Assembly: GCA_035369805.1 (NCBI GenBank)
Contig: DAOOVB010000007.1
Coordinates: forward strand, 7,424 to 71,423
DNA length: 64,000 bases
Origin: Syntrophorhabdaceae bacterium
GTDB lineage: Bacteria; Desulfobacterota; Syntrophorhabdia; Syntrophorhabdales; Syntrophorhabdaceae
Reading direction: 5' to 3'
In this document: in pieces, positions 10,479 through 20,921 of the stretch
How positions within the stretch are numbered: position 1 is the first letter of the stretch
Layout: each line of letters begins with the position of its first letter
Position numbers and translations under genes: made by a program
Notes under the pieces: generated by a model
Databases searched by the model: none
What the model saw: the letters and a program-made list of their open reading frames with translations, nothing else
Told to the model about the DNA's origin: nothing

Positions 10479-11474
10479 CTATGCCTTTATCTTCTTTTCA
10501 AATACCTCTACTTTATCTTTATCTTTTATCTCCACACCATCTATCCATGCAAATCCCTTTATGGTAACATTATCATGGATAATACAGTCCTTTATCACGG
10601 TATTCGGGCCTATGGTTACGTTTCTTCCTATCATCGACCTACCCAGTATATATACGTTGGGATACAAAATTGTATCCCTTCCTACTGTTACATCCATGTC
10701 GATATATACATTTTTGTCTATAAATGTTACACCGTTTTTGAGATGAAGGAGATTTATCCTGTCCCGCATTATGATATTTGCCTCCATGAGTTCTTTCCTG
10801 GTGTTTATACCCAGGACATAATAAGGTTCAGGATAGTGGAATCCTGCTACTCTTATTTTCTTTTCCCTTGCTATCTTACATATGTCGGTGAGGTAAAACT
10901 CACCCTTTTTATTGTCATCCTTAATCTCTTTCAAAAGCACTAAATGTTCCTCAGGTATTACACAAATACCTGTATTTATCTCCTTTACACTCTTTTCTTC
11001 ATAAGTGGCGTCGCTATCCTCTATGATTGCTTTAATCTCTTCGCCTTCCATCAAAACCCTTCCATAACCAGTAGGATCATCTATAGAAGTGGTCATAAAC
11101 GTAATAGTCTTCCTTTTCCTATAGAAGTCCATAAATTCCATCAATGTAAGGGTATCCATAAGGGGGACATCACCATATAAGACAAGCACATCTCCTCCCA
11201 TGAGGGCATTTTGAGCACATAAAACAGCATGTGCCGTGCCTTTCTGATCATTCTGGACGGCAAAATCTACTCTGTAGTCTTTTAAAAAGGGTATTAATTT
11301 ATCCCGGCCAAAACCTACTACCACTGATATATTTTCAGGGTAGAGTTCCTTTGCCCTTTCTATGACATAGCCTATCATGGGTTTTCCCATGATCTCATGG
11401 AGGACCTTAGGCCTTTCTGACTTCATGCGCTCTCCCTTGCCTGCTGCAAGTATAATGACATTTATCCTATCCAT
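10479..11474 (-). CDS. glmU: GlmU-like sugar-1-phosphate nucleotidyltransferase with a truncated left-handed beta-helix
   Basis: LAAGKGERMKSERPKVLH signature and a full nucleotidyltransferase fold, but only about 80 aa of hexapeptide repeats before the stop (331 aa in total). Directly upstream of glmS. Confidence 0.75.
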   Translation of the reverse strand: MDRINVIILAAGKGERMKSERPKVLHEIMGKPMIGYVIERAKELYPENISVVVGFGRDKLIPFLKDYRVDFAVQNDQKGTAHAVLCAQNALMGGDVLVLYGDVPLMDTLTLMEFMDFYRKRKTITFMTTSIDDPTGYGRVLMEGEEIKAIIEDSDATYEEKSVKEINTGICVIPEEHLVLLKEIKDDNKKGEFYLTDICKIAREKKIRVAGFHYPEPYYVLGINTRKELMEANIIMRDRINLLHLKNGVTFIDKNVYIDMDVTVGRDTILYPNVYILGRSMIGRNVTIGPNTVIKDCIIHDNVTIKGFAWIDGVEIKDKDKVEVFEKKIKA

Positions 11475-12214
11475 TATTCTTTACCTTTTTTACCTGATAA
11501 TCTTATAATGAAAATGCTCAATTCAAAAAGCCCCCACATAGGTATTGCCATAATGAACTGGCTTGTAATATCAGGGGGGGTTAATATTGCACTTAGTATA
11601 AATATACACAATATGGCATATCGTCTCTTCGATGCCAGGGTTTTATAATTTACTATCCCTGTCTTACCGAGATAGAAAGCCATTAAAGGCATCTCAAATA
11701 TGATGCCAAAGGTGATAAGGAGCTTTAAGGTAAGGTTCATATAACCTTTAAGGTCAGGCATGGGGATAATAAATTCCCCTGCATAGCTTACAAAAAACTT
11801 ATAGATAAAAGGCATTACTATAAAATAGCAGAAAAGCGCTCCACAGATAAAACAGATACTTCCGTAAAATATAAATGGAAATGCATATTTTTTCTCTTTT
11901 TCATAGAGTCCTGGTGATACAAACATCCATATCTCGTATAAGATAACAGGGGATGCAGCAAATATGGCTGTTACCAGAGATATCTTGAAATATGTAATAA
12001 ATGCCTCGGTGACATATGTAAAGATAAATGAACTCTTATCAGGCATTACCTTTATAAATGGTTCCATGAGGAAATAAAATATCTTCTCTTTAAAGTAATA
12101 AGCCACAAGAAAGGCAATGCCAACCGCTATAATAGACACCACGAGCCTGTCTCTCAATTCCTTGAGGTGTGATACAAAGGTCATCTTCTCTTCTGATACT
12201 GTCTTTTTTGTCAT
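11474..12214 (-). CDS. tatC: twin-arginine translocase subunit TatC
   Basis: 246 aa with six predicted TM helices, HLKELRDRL near the N-terminus and a PPD motif. Follows tatA. Confidence 0.9.
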   Translation of the reverse strand: MTKKTVSEEKMTFVSHLKELRDRLVVSIIAVGIAFLVAYYFKEKIFYFLMEPFIKVMPDKSSFIFTYVTEAFITYFKISLVTAIFAASPVILYEIWMFVSPGLYEKEKKYAFPFIFYGSICFICGALFCYFIVMPFIYKFFVSYAGEFIIPMPDLKGYMNLTLKLLITFGIIFEMPLMAFYLGKTGIVNYKTLASKRRYAILCIFILSAILTPPDITSQFIMAIPMWGLFELSIFIIRLSGKKGKE

Positions 12215-12226
12215 GGACTAACTATT

Positions 12227-12499
12227 TTAGCTTTGGGGGATGTGCTTTTTATGGGGGTCTGCTTCATCTTTTGTCATATCCTGTGCTGTCTCTTTATTAC
12301 TGCGTTCAGATGTGTTTTCCTCTGTTTCCACTTTTGATGCCTCCTCTTCTATGGTCTCTTTTACTTCATCTGCCATCCTCCTGAACTCACCAAATGCCTT
12401 ACCAATAGATTTTGCAAGCTCAGGTAGTTTTGATGGACCAACTACAAGGAGCGCTACAATCAATATTACAATAAGCTCAGGGAGACCTATACCAAACAT
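12227..12499 (-). CDS. tatA: twin-arginine translocase TatA/TatB family protein
   Basis: MFGIGLPELIVILIVALLVVGPSKLPELAKSIGKAFGEFRR: a canonical TatA/E transmembrane helix plus amphipathic helix, followed by an acidic tail. Confidence 0.9.
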   Translation of the reverse strand: MFGIGLPELIVILIVALLVVGPSKLPELAKSIGKAFGEFRRMADEVKETIEEEASKVETEENTSERSNKETAQDMTKDEADPHKKHIPQS

Positions 12500-12549
12500 G
12501 AATGTAAATTAACACAAATCCTTTCAAATCAAAATAAAATTATTTTATT

Positions 12550-13056
12550 TTAAACTGTGAACCTCCATTTACAGAACATATCCTCAGGATGCATATCAGG
12601 CGGAGCAAAAACACACTCTACTTTTATATCTGGGTCTATCTCTCTTGCAAATGATTCAAACTCTCTCCTGTGCATCTCTTTACATACAAATTCACCAAGG
12701 CCCCTTTGCAATCTCGACTCCTGTGTAGGGCAATGAGGCACTGTAATGATAACTTCATGGTCTTTTTCTTCTATCTGGTATTCTACAATAATAGTCCAGG
12801 TAAAAAGTCTCAATGCCTTTACAAATCCTTTGAGCCCCTTTTCCTCTATATGGAATCTTTTTTTCAATTCCCTCGATGCCATACCTGCTACCCTTCCCCA
12901 AACCATCTCATTTATTCGTTCTGCTGTGGGTTGATCAAATCTCTCTGCCACATATATAAACCAGAAGGCATCTATTACCCTGTAATGCCAGAGCAAAAAC
13001 TCTATATAGCTTTTGAGTTCATTTTTATCCATTTTATCAAAAATCTTAAGATCCAT
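12550..13056 (-). CDS. hypothetical cytosolic protein (possibly DUF6125-like)
   Basis: 168-aa ORF with good coding character, conserved-looking Cys residues (HCP...CKE...C...C) and a PPD motif. Family assignment is from memory only. Confidence 0.45.
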   Translation of the reverse strand: MDLKIFDKMDKNELKSYIEFLLWHYRVIDAFWFIYVAERFDQPTAERINEMVWGRVAGMASRELKKRFHIEEKGLKGFVKALRLFTWTIIVEYQIEEKDHEVIITVPHCPTQESRLQRGLGEFVCKEMHRREFESFAREIDPDIKVECVFAPPDMHPEDMFCKWRFTV

Positions 13057-13114
13057 ATAACCCCCTTGTTTTTTTTAGGCCTTTGCAAAATAGGGCATAG
13101 ACTTTTAATCTCTT

Positions 13115-14131
13115 TTATTCATCCTCCTCTTTAAGCCCCCTGTTTGTTATATCACTTATAGATTCCCTTATGTCTTTATCCTCATATACAATCTTGTATA
13201 ACTCCTCTGTGATAGGCATATCAATACTTGTCCTCTTTGACATAATGTATGCTGCCTTTATAGTAAAATAACCCTCCACAACTGCATTTTGAGAGTCTAT
13301 AATCTCTTTAGACTTACGGCCCTTGGCAAGCTCTAATCCAAATTTCCTGTTTCTACTTAAAGACCCATAGGATGTAAGAACCAAATCACCTACCCCTGAA
13401 AGACCCATAAATGTGTTGTCTTTAGCCCCCAACGCCTTTCCAAGCCTTTTTATCTCTGCAAGGGCACGAGTAATAAAGGCAGCCTTTGTATTTGTTCCCA
13501 GTTCAAGCCCCTCGATTATACCTGCCCCTATTGCCATGACATTCTTCATGGCACCGCCGAGTTCTACCCCTATTATATCTTCACTTGTATAAACCCTGAA
13601 TGTATCGCTATGAATAAGACCTTGAATATATTTGGAAAGGTCTTTGTCTTTTGATGCCACTACAACGGATGTAAACTGCCCCCTTGCCACCTCCTTTGCA
13701 AATGAAGGTCCTGATAGAACAGATATGAATCTATCGCTACCAACTGTGTGGGCAACTACTTGATTCATCAATCTCAGAGTATCTATCTCTATGCCTTTTG
13801 TCAATATGAGTATTCGTTTATCCTTTAAAAATGGCGCTATCTTTTCTATGGTATTTCTCAAAGCATAAGAAGGGGTTGCTATGACAATATCCTGAGAAAA
13901 CTCTGCTACCATTTCTAAATCATGGGTATATTCAATCTCGTGGGGAAGGACAAAACCGGGTAGATATAGCCTGTTTTCTTTGAAATCCCTTAGAATCTCA
14001 AAAAGCTCCTTTTCATACACCCAAAGGAGTATTCTATTTCCTTTTCTTGCAAGATGAATAGAGAATGCAGTGCCCCATGCACCTGCCCCTATAACACCTA
14101 ATTTCTTTTCTTCTGATGGTGAATTTACCAT
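13115..14131 (-). CDS. gpsA: NAD(P)H-dependent glycerol-3-phosphate dehydrogenase
   Basis: GAGAWGTA dinucleotide fold, GVELGGAMKNVMAIGAG and NRKFG motifs. Confidence 0.93.
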   Translation of the reverse strand: MVNSPSEEKKLGVIGAGAWGTAFSIHLARKGNRILLWVYEKELFEILRDFKENRLYLPGFVLPHEIEYTHDLEMVAEFSQDIVIATPSYALRNTIEKIAPFLKDKRILILTKGIEIDTLRLMNQVVAHTVGSDRFISVLSGPSFAKEVARGQFTSVVVASKDKDLSKYIQGLIHSDTFRVYTSEDIIGVELGGAMKNVMAIGAGIIEGLELGTNTKAAFITRALAEIKRLGKALGAKDNTFMGLSGVGDLVLTSYGSLSRNRKFGLELAKGRKSKEIIDSQNAVVEGYFTIKAAYIMSKRTSIDMPITEELYKIVYEDKDIRESISDITNRGLKEEDE

Positions 14132-14153
14132 AAAAGGATACTGTTTCCTTATG

Positions 14154-16571
14154 CTAATCCTGCTCTGCTATGGCAACACTACTGATCTTTTCGCCATCTT
14201 TGAGGTCCATAAGCTTTACACCGATACCTCCCCTTTTCTGCACAGGGAGATTCTGGGCATGGAAACGAATGGTCCTGCCTGTGTCTGTTACAAGGATTAC
14301 CTCATCTTTAGTATCTATCTGCTTTATATACACTACCTCTCCGTTTTTCTTTCCACATCTGGTATTTATTATGCCTTTACCACCCCTTAATTGTTCTCTA
14401 TATTCTGAACAGGGCGAACACTTACCATATCCTTTATCTGTCACAGTAAATATTACTGCATCATCATGGACTATCTCTGCCGATACAACTTCATCATCAC
14501 CTACAAGGCTAATACCCCTGACACCATATGCCTGTCTCCCCATATGCCTTATCTGTTTCTCATGAAATCTTATAGCCATGCCCTTTTTTGTCCCTAACAT
14601 GACCTCATTATCTCCGTCTGTTTCAAGGACACCCACAAGGCTATCTTCATCAGGAAGGTCTATAACCCTTATACCTGTAGACCTGAGATTTTTCAAATCG
14701 CTGAGGCTTATCTTTTTTACCTTACCTTTCTTTGTTATGAGGAACAAATATCTATCTTCTACAAACTCTTTGGCATGGGCAACTGCCGTTATCCTTTCAT
14801 TTTTTCCTATACTGATTAAGTTCAGAACAGGTTTACCCTTTGATGTAAGGGGTGCATCAGGTATGGCATATACCTTTAAGATATATGCCCTGCCGTTATT
14901 GGTAAAAAATATTATATAAGAATGTGTAGATGCGATGTAGAGATGATCTACCACATCCTCGTCCCTTACCACAATACCTATCTTTCCCTTGCCACCCCTG
15001 AGTTGATGTTTATATTGATCAAGGGGAGTTCTCTTTATATAACCTTTACTTGTAATTGTGACCACCACCTCTTCTTCCTTGATCATGTCCTCTATGGTTA
15101 TCTCAGGCAGTTCATCCACGATCTCTGTGTACCTTTCATCTCCGTATCTATACTTTATGTCAATGAGTTCATCCTTTACAATCTTAAGAAGCACTGTTTC
15201 ATCATCCAGGATATTCTGGAGTCTCTTTGTCTCCTCCTTGGTCGAATGGAGGTCCTCAATGATCTTTGTCTGCTCTAAAGAAGTAAGCCTCTGAAGCCTC
15301 ATTTCAAGTATACTTGTTGCCTGTTTTTCAGAAAAACTGAATCTGCTTATAAGTGCTGACCTTGCCTCAGGGGTATTTTTAGACCCCTTGATAATGGCAA
15401 TAACCTCATCGATATTATCAAGGGCGACCTTGAGACCTTCGAGTATGTGGAGTTTCTCCAGTGCCTTATTGAGTTCAAAGATAGAGCGTTTTGTTACTAT
15501 CTCCTTTCTGAATTTTATGAATTCATTGATCATTTCCTTGAGGTTCAGAACCCTTGGCTGATTATCCACAATGGTAAGAAATATGATCCCGAAGGTAGTC
15601 TGAAGCTGGGTATGTTTATAGAGTTTATTGAGTATTGGCATGGCCATCTCGCCTTTTTTTAGCTCTATAACAATCCTCATTCCCTCCCTGCTTGACTCGT
15701 CCTTCATATTAGATATGCCTTCAATCCTCTTTGAGTTCACCAGCTCAACTATACCCTCTATGAGTCTGGCCTTGTTTACCTGATACGGTATCTCGGTAAT
15801 GACTATCTTCTCCCGTCCATCCCTTTTACCCTTTTCTATAACTGCCCTTGCCCTTAGCAGTATATGGCCTTTGCCTGTCTCATATGCCTCTTTTATACCT
15901 TGTCTACCGTATATTATAGCCCTGGTGGGAAAATCAGGACCAGGTATTATATCTATCAATTCATCTATAGTAATGTGGGGATTGTCGATGGTTGCCACTA
16001 TGGCATCCACTACCTCATTTATATTATGAGGGGGTATATTGGTTGCCATACCTACTGCAATACCCGATGAACCGTTTATTAAAAGATTAGGTATCTTAGA
16101 GGGTAATACCACAGGCTCTTCAAGGGATTCATCATAATTAGGCCTGAATGCCACCGTGTCTTTTTCTATATCCTTTAATATCTCTTCTGCTATCCTTGAT
16201 AGCCTTACCTCTGTATACCTCATGGCTGCCGGCGCATCACCGTCTATAGAACCAAAATTTCCTTGACCATCTATAAGGGGATAGCGAAGGGAGAAATCCT
16301 GAACCATTCTGGTGATGGCATCGTATACTGCCTGGTCTCCATGGGGATGAAACTTACCTATTACATCACCTACTATCCTTGCAGATTTCTTATAAGGTTT
16401 ATCATGAGTATTACCAAGGTCATACATGGCATAGAGTATCCTTCTATGGACAGGCTTTAACCCATCCCTTATATCAGGCAATGCCCTACCTATGATGGTG
16501 CTCATGGCATAATCAAGATATGATCTCTTCATCTCCTCTTCAATTGGAACTGTTAAAACAGATTGATGCAT
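14154..16571 (-). CDS. gyrA: DNA gyrase subunit A
   Basis: [28 protein letters not shown] (active-site Tyr) and a C-terminal beta-pinwheel with repeated GxGG(K)G blades. Confidence 0.96.
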   Translation of the reverse strand: MHQSVLTVPIEEEMKRSYLDYAMSTIIGRALPDIRDGLKPVHRRILYAMYDLGNTHDKPYKKSARIVGDVIGKFHPHGDQAVYDAITRMVQDFSLRYPLIDGQGNFGSIDGDAPAAMRYTEVRLSRIAEEILKDIEKDTVAFRPNYDESLEEPVVLPSKIPNLLINGSSGIAVGMATNIPPHNINEVVDAIVATIDNPHITIDELIDIIPGPDFPTRAIIYGRQGIKEAYETGKGHILLRARAVIEKGKRDGREKIVITEIPYQVNKARLIEGIVELVNSKRIEGISNMKDESSREGMRIVIELKKGEMAMPILNKLYKHTQLQTTFGIIFLTIVDNQPRVLNLKEMINEFIKFRKEIVTKRSIFELNKALEKLHILEGLKVALDNIDEVIAIIKGSKNTPEARSALISRFSFSEKQATSILEMRLQRLTSLEQTKIIEDLHSTKEETKRLQNILDDETVLLKIVKDELIDIKYRYGDERYTEIVDELPEITIEDMIKEEEVVVTITSKGYIKRTPLDQYKHQLRGGKGKIGIVVRDEDVVDHLYIASTHSYIIFFTNNGRAYILKVYAIPDAPLTSKGKPVLNLISIGKNERITAVAHAKEFVEDRYLFLITKKGKVKKISLSDLKNLRSTGIRVIDLPDEDSLVGVLETDGDNEVMLGTKKGMAIRFHEKQIRHMGRQAYGVRGISLVGDDEVVSAEIVHDDAVIFTVTDKGYGKCSPCSEYREQLRGGKGIINTRCGKKNGEVVYIKQIDTKDEVILVTDTGRTIRFHAQNLPVQKRGGIGVKLMDLKDGEKISSVAIAEQD

Positions 16572-16599
16572 ATATATTGCCTCCTGAGAAAACTTGCTT

Positions 16600-16625
16600 T
16601 TTTGTATTAATCTTTTGTATTAATC
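16600..16625. repeat. 13-bp tandem direct repeat (x2) upstream of gyrA
   Basis: TTTTGTATTAATC at 16600-16612 and again at 16613-16625. Lies about 30-55 nt upstream of the gyrA ATG on the opposite strand. Confidence 0.7.
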
Positions 16626-16684
16626 TAACATAAACCTTTTGTCTATGTCAGCTAAAAATCATGAATCATAAACATGGCTGGATT

Positions 16685-17827
16685 TTAGAATAAAAGCTTT
16701 GAAATGTTATTCTTCTGGATTTTGCTTGTCCCTTCATATATGGATGTTATCCTTACATCCCTCAGTGCGCCCTCAAGACCCTGCTCCCTCATATAGCCAT
16801 ATCCACCGAAAATATCTATGCAACTATTAAGGACATTTATTGCAGTCTCTGGTATGGTGAGTTTTACTAAAGAAGAATATATCTTTGATTCAGGGCCTTT
16901 TCTGTCATAGAGCCAAGCTGCCTTATAAAGGATATTCTTACACTTCTCTATTTCCACATACATATCCACTAAGTCATGTTCTATAGACTGAAACTTTATT
17001 ATGGGTCTGGCAAATTGTTTTCTCTTCTTTGCGTAGTTCATTGCCTTTTCATAACCATATAGCATGGCACCAAGTGCCTGGGCGGCAATCACAATTCTAC
17101 CCAATTCAAAACCGTCAAGGACCATCCTCATACCCTTACCCCTTTTTCCAAGGATATTTTCCCTGGGTATGGAAAAATCATTGAAGACAATCTCACCAGA
17201 TGTGGTAGTATTGATGCCCATTTTCTTGCCAAGATCACTTATCACAAAAGAACCAAATCTGTTTTTTTCCACAAGCTCTCTATCTATGATTACTACGGTA
17301 AGGCCTGGCTCATCTCGTGCCAGAAGTGTGTAAAAGTCTGCATATCCTGCATTTGTGGTAAAGAGTTTTGATCCATTTAGGATAAAATTATCCCCCTTTT
17401 CTTCTATTCTTGTTTTAATGCTGCCAATATCGCTTCCACTGTCAGGCTCTGTTACACTTATGGCAGAAACATACCTACCCTCTATCATGGGTCTTATGTA
17501 TCTCTCCCTCTGTTCTTTTGTTCCATAAACATCTATTACAAAGGCAGGGATATATCCAAGGCTCAATGCCATGCCCATACCAGGCAGGCTCCTGCACATC
17601 TCTTTTACGGTGATCACATGTCCCAAAGCACCATATCCTGCGCCACCTATGTCCTCTGGAAAACCAGTACCAATAAAACCCAGTTCACCTATCTTTTCAT
17701 ATAAATCCATGGGAAATCTGTGTTCATCTTCTAATTGTTGGAGATATGCCAGGTCAAATTCCTTTGCACAGAATTCACCTACTGCCTTCTCTATATCCTT
17801 AAGGTCGTTATCTATATCAAAAAACAT
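16685..17827 (-). CDS. acyl-CoA dehydrogenase
   Basis: ACAD fold motifs (SVTEPDSGSD, catalytic YEGTSKIQ near the C-terminus). The start is set at the second ATG (MFFDID, 17827), which has GGAGGT 7 nt upstream. Confidence 0.88.
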   Translation of the reverse strand: MFFDIDNDLKDIEKAVGEFCAKEFDLAYLQQLEDEHRFPMDLYEKIGELGFIGTGFPEDIGGAGYGALGHVITVKEMCRSLPGMGMALSLGYIPAFVIDVYGTKEQRERYIRPMIEGRYVSAISVTEPDSGSDIGSIKTRIEEKGDNFILNGSKLFTTNAGYADFYTLLARDEPGLTVVIIDRELVEKNRFGSFVISDLGKKMGINTTTSGEIVFNDFSIPRENILGKRGKGMRMVLDGFELGRIVIAAQALGAMLYGYEKAMNYAKKRKQFARPIIKFQSIEHDLVDMYVEIEKCKNILYKAAWLYDRKGPESKIYSSLVKLTIPETAINVLNSCIDIFGGYGYMREQGLEGALRDVRITSIYEGTSKIQKNNISKLLF

Positions 17828-17959
17828 GCATCTTACCTCCACAATATTCTTTAATCATCTTTATTTTGCCCTATCTTACCCATAAAAACAATGAAATTAT
17901 GGATACATTTGTAAAAATTATAAAACTTTTTAACAGGCCATGCGTGAAATCTGTTTACC

Positions 17960-17988
17960 TTGACAAAGCATGGAAAGGTGTATATTTT
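17960..17988 (+). promoter_or_regulatory. putative sigma-70 promoter of htpX
   Basis: TTGACA (17960-17965), 17-nt spacer, then TATTTT. Lies about 30 nt upstream of the htpX start. Confidence 0.35.
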
Positions 17989-18017
17989 TTTATACATAGA
18001 AATTATAGGGGGTGAAT

Positions 18018-18872
18018 ATGAATCAATTTAAGACCTTTTTCCTTATGGTAATCCTAACCGTCATTTTTGTTGCCATAGGGGGCATGGTAGGAGGAAAAAC
18101 AGGGGCATATATTGCCTTTTTTATTGCCTTTATCATGAATTTTATAAGTTACTGGTTCTGCGACAAGATAGTCCTCAAGATGTATGGGGCACAGCCTGTC
18201 TCTGAGCAGGAGGCGCCGCAACTCTATAGAATAGTTTATAACCTCAGTCAAAAGGCACAGATACCCATGCCGAGAATATATATCATAGAGAACGATAGCC
18301 CCAATGCTTTTGCCACAGGAAGAAATCCTGAAAACGGTGTAGTTGCAGTAACCACAGGGATATTACGCATATTGAGCATGGAAGAATTAGAGGGAGTCCT
18401 TGCCCATGAGATATCCCATATAAAACATAGAGATATACTTATTCAGACTGTAGCAGCCACCCTTGCAGGGGCAATTACAATGATTGCTGATTGGGCAAGA
18501 TTCGCTGCCATATTTGGAGGAGGCAGAAGTAGCGATGATGAAGGTGGCAATAATATCTTTGGTGTTATCATCTTCTCTATCTTTGCAGCCTTTGCAGCCA
18601 TGCTCATCCAGCTTGCCATATCCAGGTCAAGAGAATACCTTGCCGATGAAGGCGGGGCAATACTTTCAGGAAATCCTCTGTATCTTTCCAATGCCTTAAA
18701 GAAACTCCATGCAGGTATAGATAGAAGACCCATGGAAGATGCAAACCCTTCTACTGCACCTCTATTCATAATGAATCCCTTTAGCGCAAAAGGCGTGCTT
18801 GCCCTATTCAGCACACACCCCCCTATAGAAGAGAGGATAAGAAGACTGGAGGATATGGCCTATAGAAGATAA
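18018..18872 (+). CDS. htpX: zinc metalloprotease HtpX (M48 family)
   Basis: [10 protein letters not shown] (HExxH), four TM segments and a C-terminal [13 protein letters not shown] at 18018 follows AGGGGG by 6 nt; the track ORF begins at a GTG at 18012. Confidence 0.9.
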   Translation: MNQFKTFFLMVILTVIFVAIGGMVGGKTGAYIAFFIAFIMNFISYWFCDKIVLKMYGAQPVSEQEAPQLYRIVYNLSQKAQIPMPRIYIIENDSPNAFATGRNPENGVVAVTTGILRILSMEELEGVLAHEISHIKHRDILIQTVAATLAGAITMIADWARFAAIFGGGRSSDDEGGNNIFGVIIFSIFAAFAAMLIQLAISRSREYLADEGGAILSGNPLYLSNALKKLHAGIDRRPMEDANPSTAPLFIMNPFSAKGVLALFSTHPPIEERIRRLEDMAYRR

Positions 18873-18873
18873 T

Positions 18874-20205
18874 TATGGAAAATTCTTAAGGTCTTTATCG
18901 ATCCAGATAATCGATGAGGTAGAAAAAGGCAGCCATTTAGACGAAACTATCGACAAATATTTCACCGATAATGCAATAGACCAGAGGCTTCACGGTATCA
19001 TATATGAGATAACCTCAGGCACTATAAGATGGAAGTTATACCTCCAATATGTTCTATCCCATCTGGCAAAAAAGAGTGTAAAAAGACATATTCAATATCT
19101 GTTGTTGATAACCTTATATCAGATAACTTTCATGAAAAAGGCGCCTTATCATGTGGTTAAAGAGGCAGTAGAATATGCCAAAAAAACTGAAGGTAGATAT
19201 GTAGCCGGTTTTGTAAACGCCATATTGAGGAGGTATTTAAGGGAATATTTAGGGGATAATGAAAAAGATGCCCTTGGGCCACAGTTAATAAAATATCTCC
19301 AGGTCCTTAAAAATATAAAAACTAATACCCAAAGACTTGCCGTCATGCATTCTTTTCCTGAGTGGCTTATAAAGAGATGGGTTCAAAGATTAGGAGAAAG
19401 AGAGACAGAAGAATTGTGTGCTGCACTCAACAAAAGCCCTGATTTTGCCCTGAGGGTAGACACGACAAAGATGACCCCAGAAGATGCACTGGATTATTTA
19501 GAAAAAAAAGGCATAAAAGCTCGGAGAGGAAAATTTCTAAACACAGCCTTATATGTTGATAGACTTGCTCCTCTACTAAAGGACCATATCTTTCAACAGG
19601 GCTTTGTTCATGTCCAGGACGAGGCTTCACAACTTGCAGGAATAGCTGTCCAACCTGAAAAAGGAGATGTTATACTCGATGCATGCTGCGGTATGGGAAC
19701 AAAAACAAGGCATATTGATGAGCTTTCACATGAGCATTCTAATGAAATAAGAATATTTTCTATGGATATTCAAGCGAGAAAAATAAAATCATTGGATAAA
19801 ATATCATATTTGATAAACGGCGATGTTCTTATAAATCCTTTTAAAAAAAATACATTTAACAAGATACTCCTGGATGCCCCATGCTCATCCATAGGCATTA
19901 TAAGAAAACACCCTGAGATAAAATGGAGATTAAAGGAAAACGATATACAAGCCAATAGAAGAAAACAGCTTGCCCTGCTTAAGGCACTCTGGGGTTGTCT
20001 TAAGTATAATGGATGTCTCATCTACAGCGTATGTTCTTTTGAGCCGGAAGAGACCCTGGGGGTGATAGACGGATTCAAAAAAGAAAATAAGTTTATAGTT
20101 GAAAATCCATTACCTTCTTTGTTTAATAATGCTGGATGGTTTTTATCCATGCCCCATAAAACAGGGCTGGATGGTTTTTTTATAGCAAAGTTAAGAAAGA
20201 TATGA
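18874..20205 (+). CDS. rsmB: 16S rRNA (cytosine967-C5)-methyltransferase RsmB/Sun-like, with an in-frame TAA at codon 5
   Basis: C-terminal MTase motifs DACCGMGTKT, LLDAPCSSIGIIRKHPEIKW and YSVCSFEPEE. The NusB-like N-domain (IIDEVEKGSHLDETIDKYF...GTIRWKLYLQYVL) continues in frame upstream of the track start (TTG 19102) back to ATG 18874. That stretch is interrupted only by TAA at 18886-18888. Confidence 0.78.
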   Translation, partial: YGKFLRSLSIQIIDEVEKGSHLDETIDKYFTDNAIDQRLHGIIYEITSGTIRWKLYLQYVLSHLAKKSVKRHIQYLLLITLYQITFMKKAPYHVVKEAVEYAKKTEGRYVAGFVNAILRRYLREYLGDNEKDALGPQLIKYLQVLKNIKTNTQRLAVMHSFPEWLIKRWVQRLGERETEELCAALNKSPDFALRVDTTKMTPEDALDYLEKKGIKARRGKFLNTALYVDRLAPLLKDHIFQQGFVHVQDEASQLAGIAVQPEKGDVILDACCGMGTKTRHIDELSHEHSNEIRIFSMDIQARKIKSLDKISYLINGDVLINPFKKNTFNKILLDAPCSSIGIIRKHPEIKWRLKENDIQANRRKQLALLKALWGCLKYNGCLIYSVCSFEPEETLGVIDGFKKENKFIVENPLPSLFNNAGWFLSMPHKTGLDGFFIAKLRKI

Positions 20206-20921
20206 GATTTATAAAAATACCCATTTACATTTTAATAGCCTTTTCTGTGTTCACCTTCTCTACATACACCACCATGAAGATTATACTAAAAACGCAAAGG
20301 ACTGTGGTATGTCCTGATATAATACGGAAAGAAGTCCATGAGGCAAAAAGTATAGTAGAATCAAAGGGTCTATACTTTCACATAGTGAAGTATGAAAAAA
20401 GAAATGATATCCCCTATAACCATGTAACCGTTCAGAAACCAGAGGCAAATATATTGACAAAAAAAGGCAGGACCGTAATGGTCATTGTCTCCGACGGTCC
20501 TGAATTAATAACAGTCCCTTCCTTGGTAGGTAAAAATGTTGATAACGCTTATGAAGTCTTGAAGGAAAAAAACATACCTGTTGAAAGGATAATCTATGTC
20601 CCCCATGAAAATGAGGGGAAGGTGATCTCTCAGATACCAGGAGGAGGCCAAGGTGTCCTTGAGGGAAAGGGCGTTGTCATTTTGGCAGGGGCAAAACCAA
20701 AAAGATATGTCATTATGCCTGATATTAAATCCCTTGATCTCAATGAGATAACCGAAGAACTGGATAAAAAAAACATAAAATATAAAATCACCTACACAAG
20801 GGAAAATGGTATCCCAAAAAAAGATAAAATCACAGCCTCTGTAAATATGGGTCAGATCTTTGATGCCGATGAAGGCATAGAAATTAAAATAAAGACAGGA
20901 GAAACACATGAACAAGATTAA
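20202..20921 (+). CDS. PASTA domain-containing membrane-anchored protein
   Basis: N-terminal TM helix followed by about three PASTA-like repeats (VPSLVGKNVDNAYEVLKEKNI..., MPDIKSLDLNEITEELDKKNI...). Confidence 0.75.
   Translation: MRFIKIPIYILIAFSVFTFSTYTTMKIILKTQRTVVCPDIIRKEVHEAKSIVESKGLYFHIVKYEKRNDIPYNHVTVQKPEANILTKKGRTVMVIVSDGPELITVPSLVGKNVDNAYEVLKEKNIPVERIIYVPHENEGKVISQIPGGGQGVLEGKGVVILAGAKPKRYVIMPDIKSLDLNEITEELDKKNIKYKITYTRENGIPKKDKITASVNMGQIFDADEGIEIKIKTGETHEQD

Noticed and set aside
12531-12551. Perfect A/T-only palindrome AAAATAAAAT-T-ATTTTATTTT between the hypothetical gene and tatA
   Set aside because: It is composed only of A and T, so hairpin stability would be negligible. It is plausibly low-complexity spacer or promoter-region DNA, and there is no evidence for a specific function.
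12670-13134. 154-aa plus-strand ORF
   Set aside because: It is antisense to the 12550-13056 gene and overlaps the 3' end of gpsA. It has no recognisable motifs and poor coding character.
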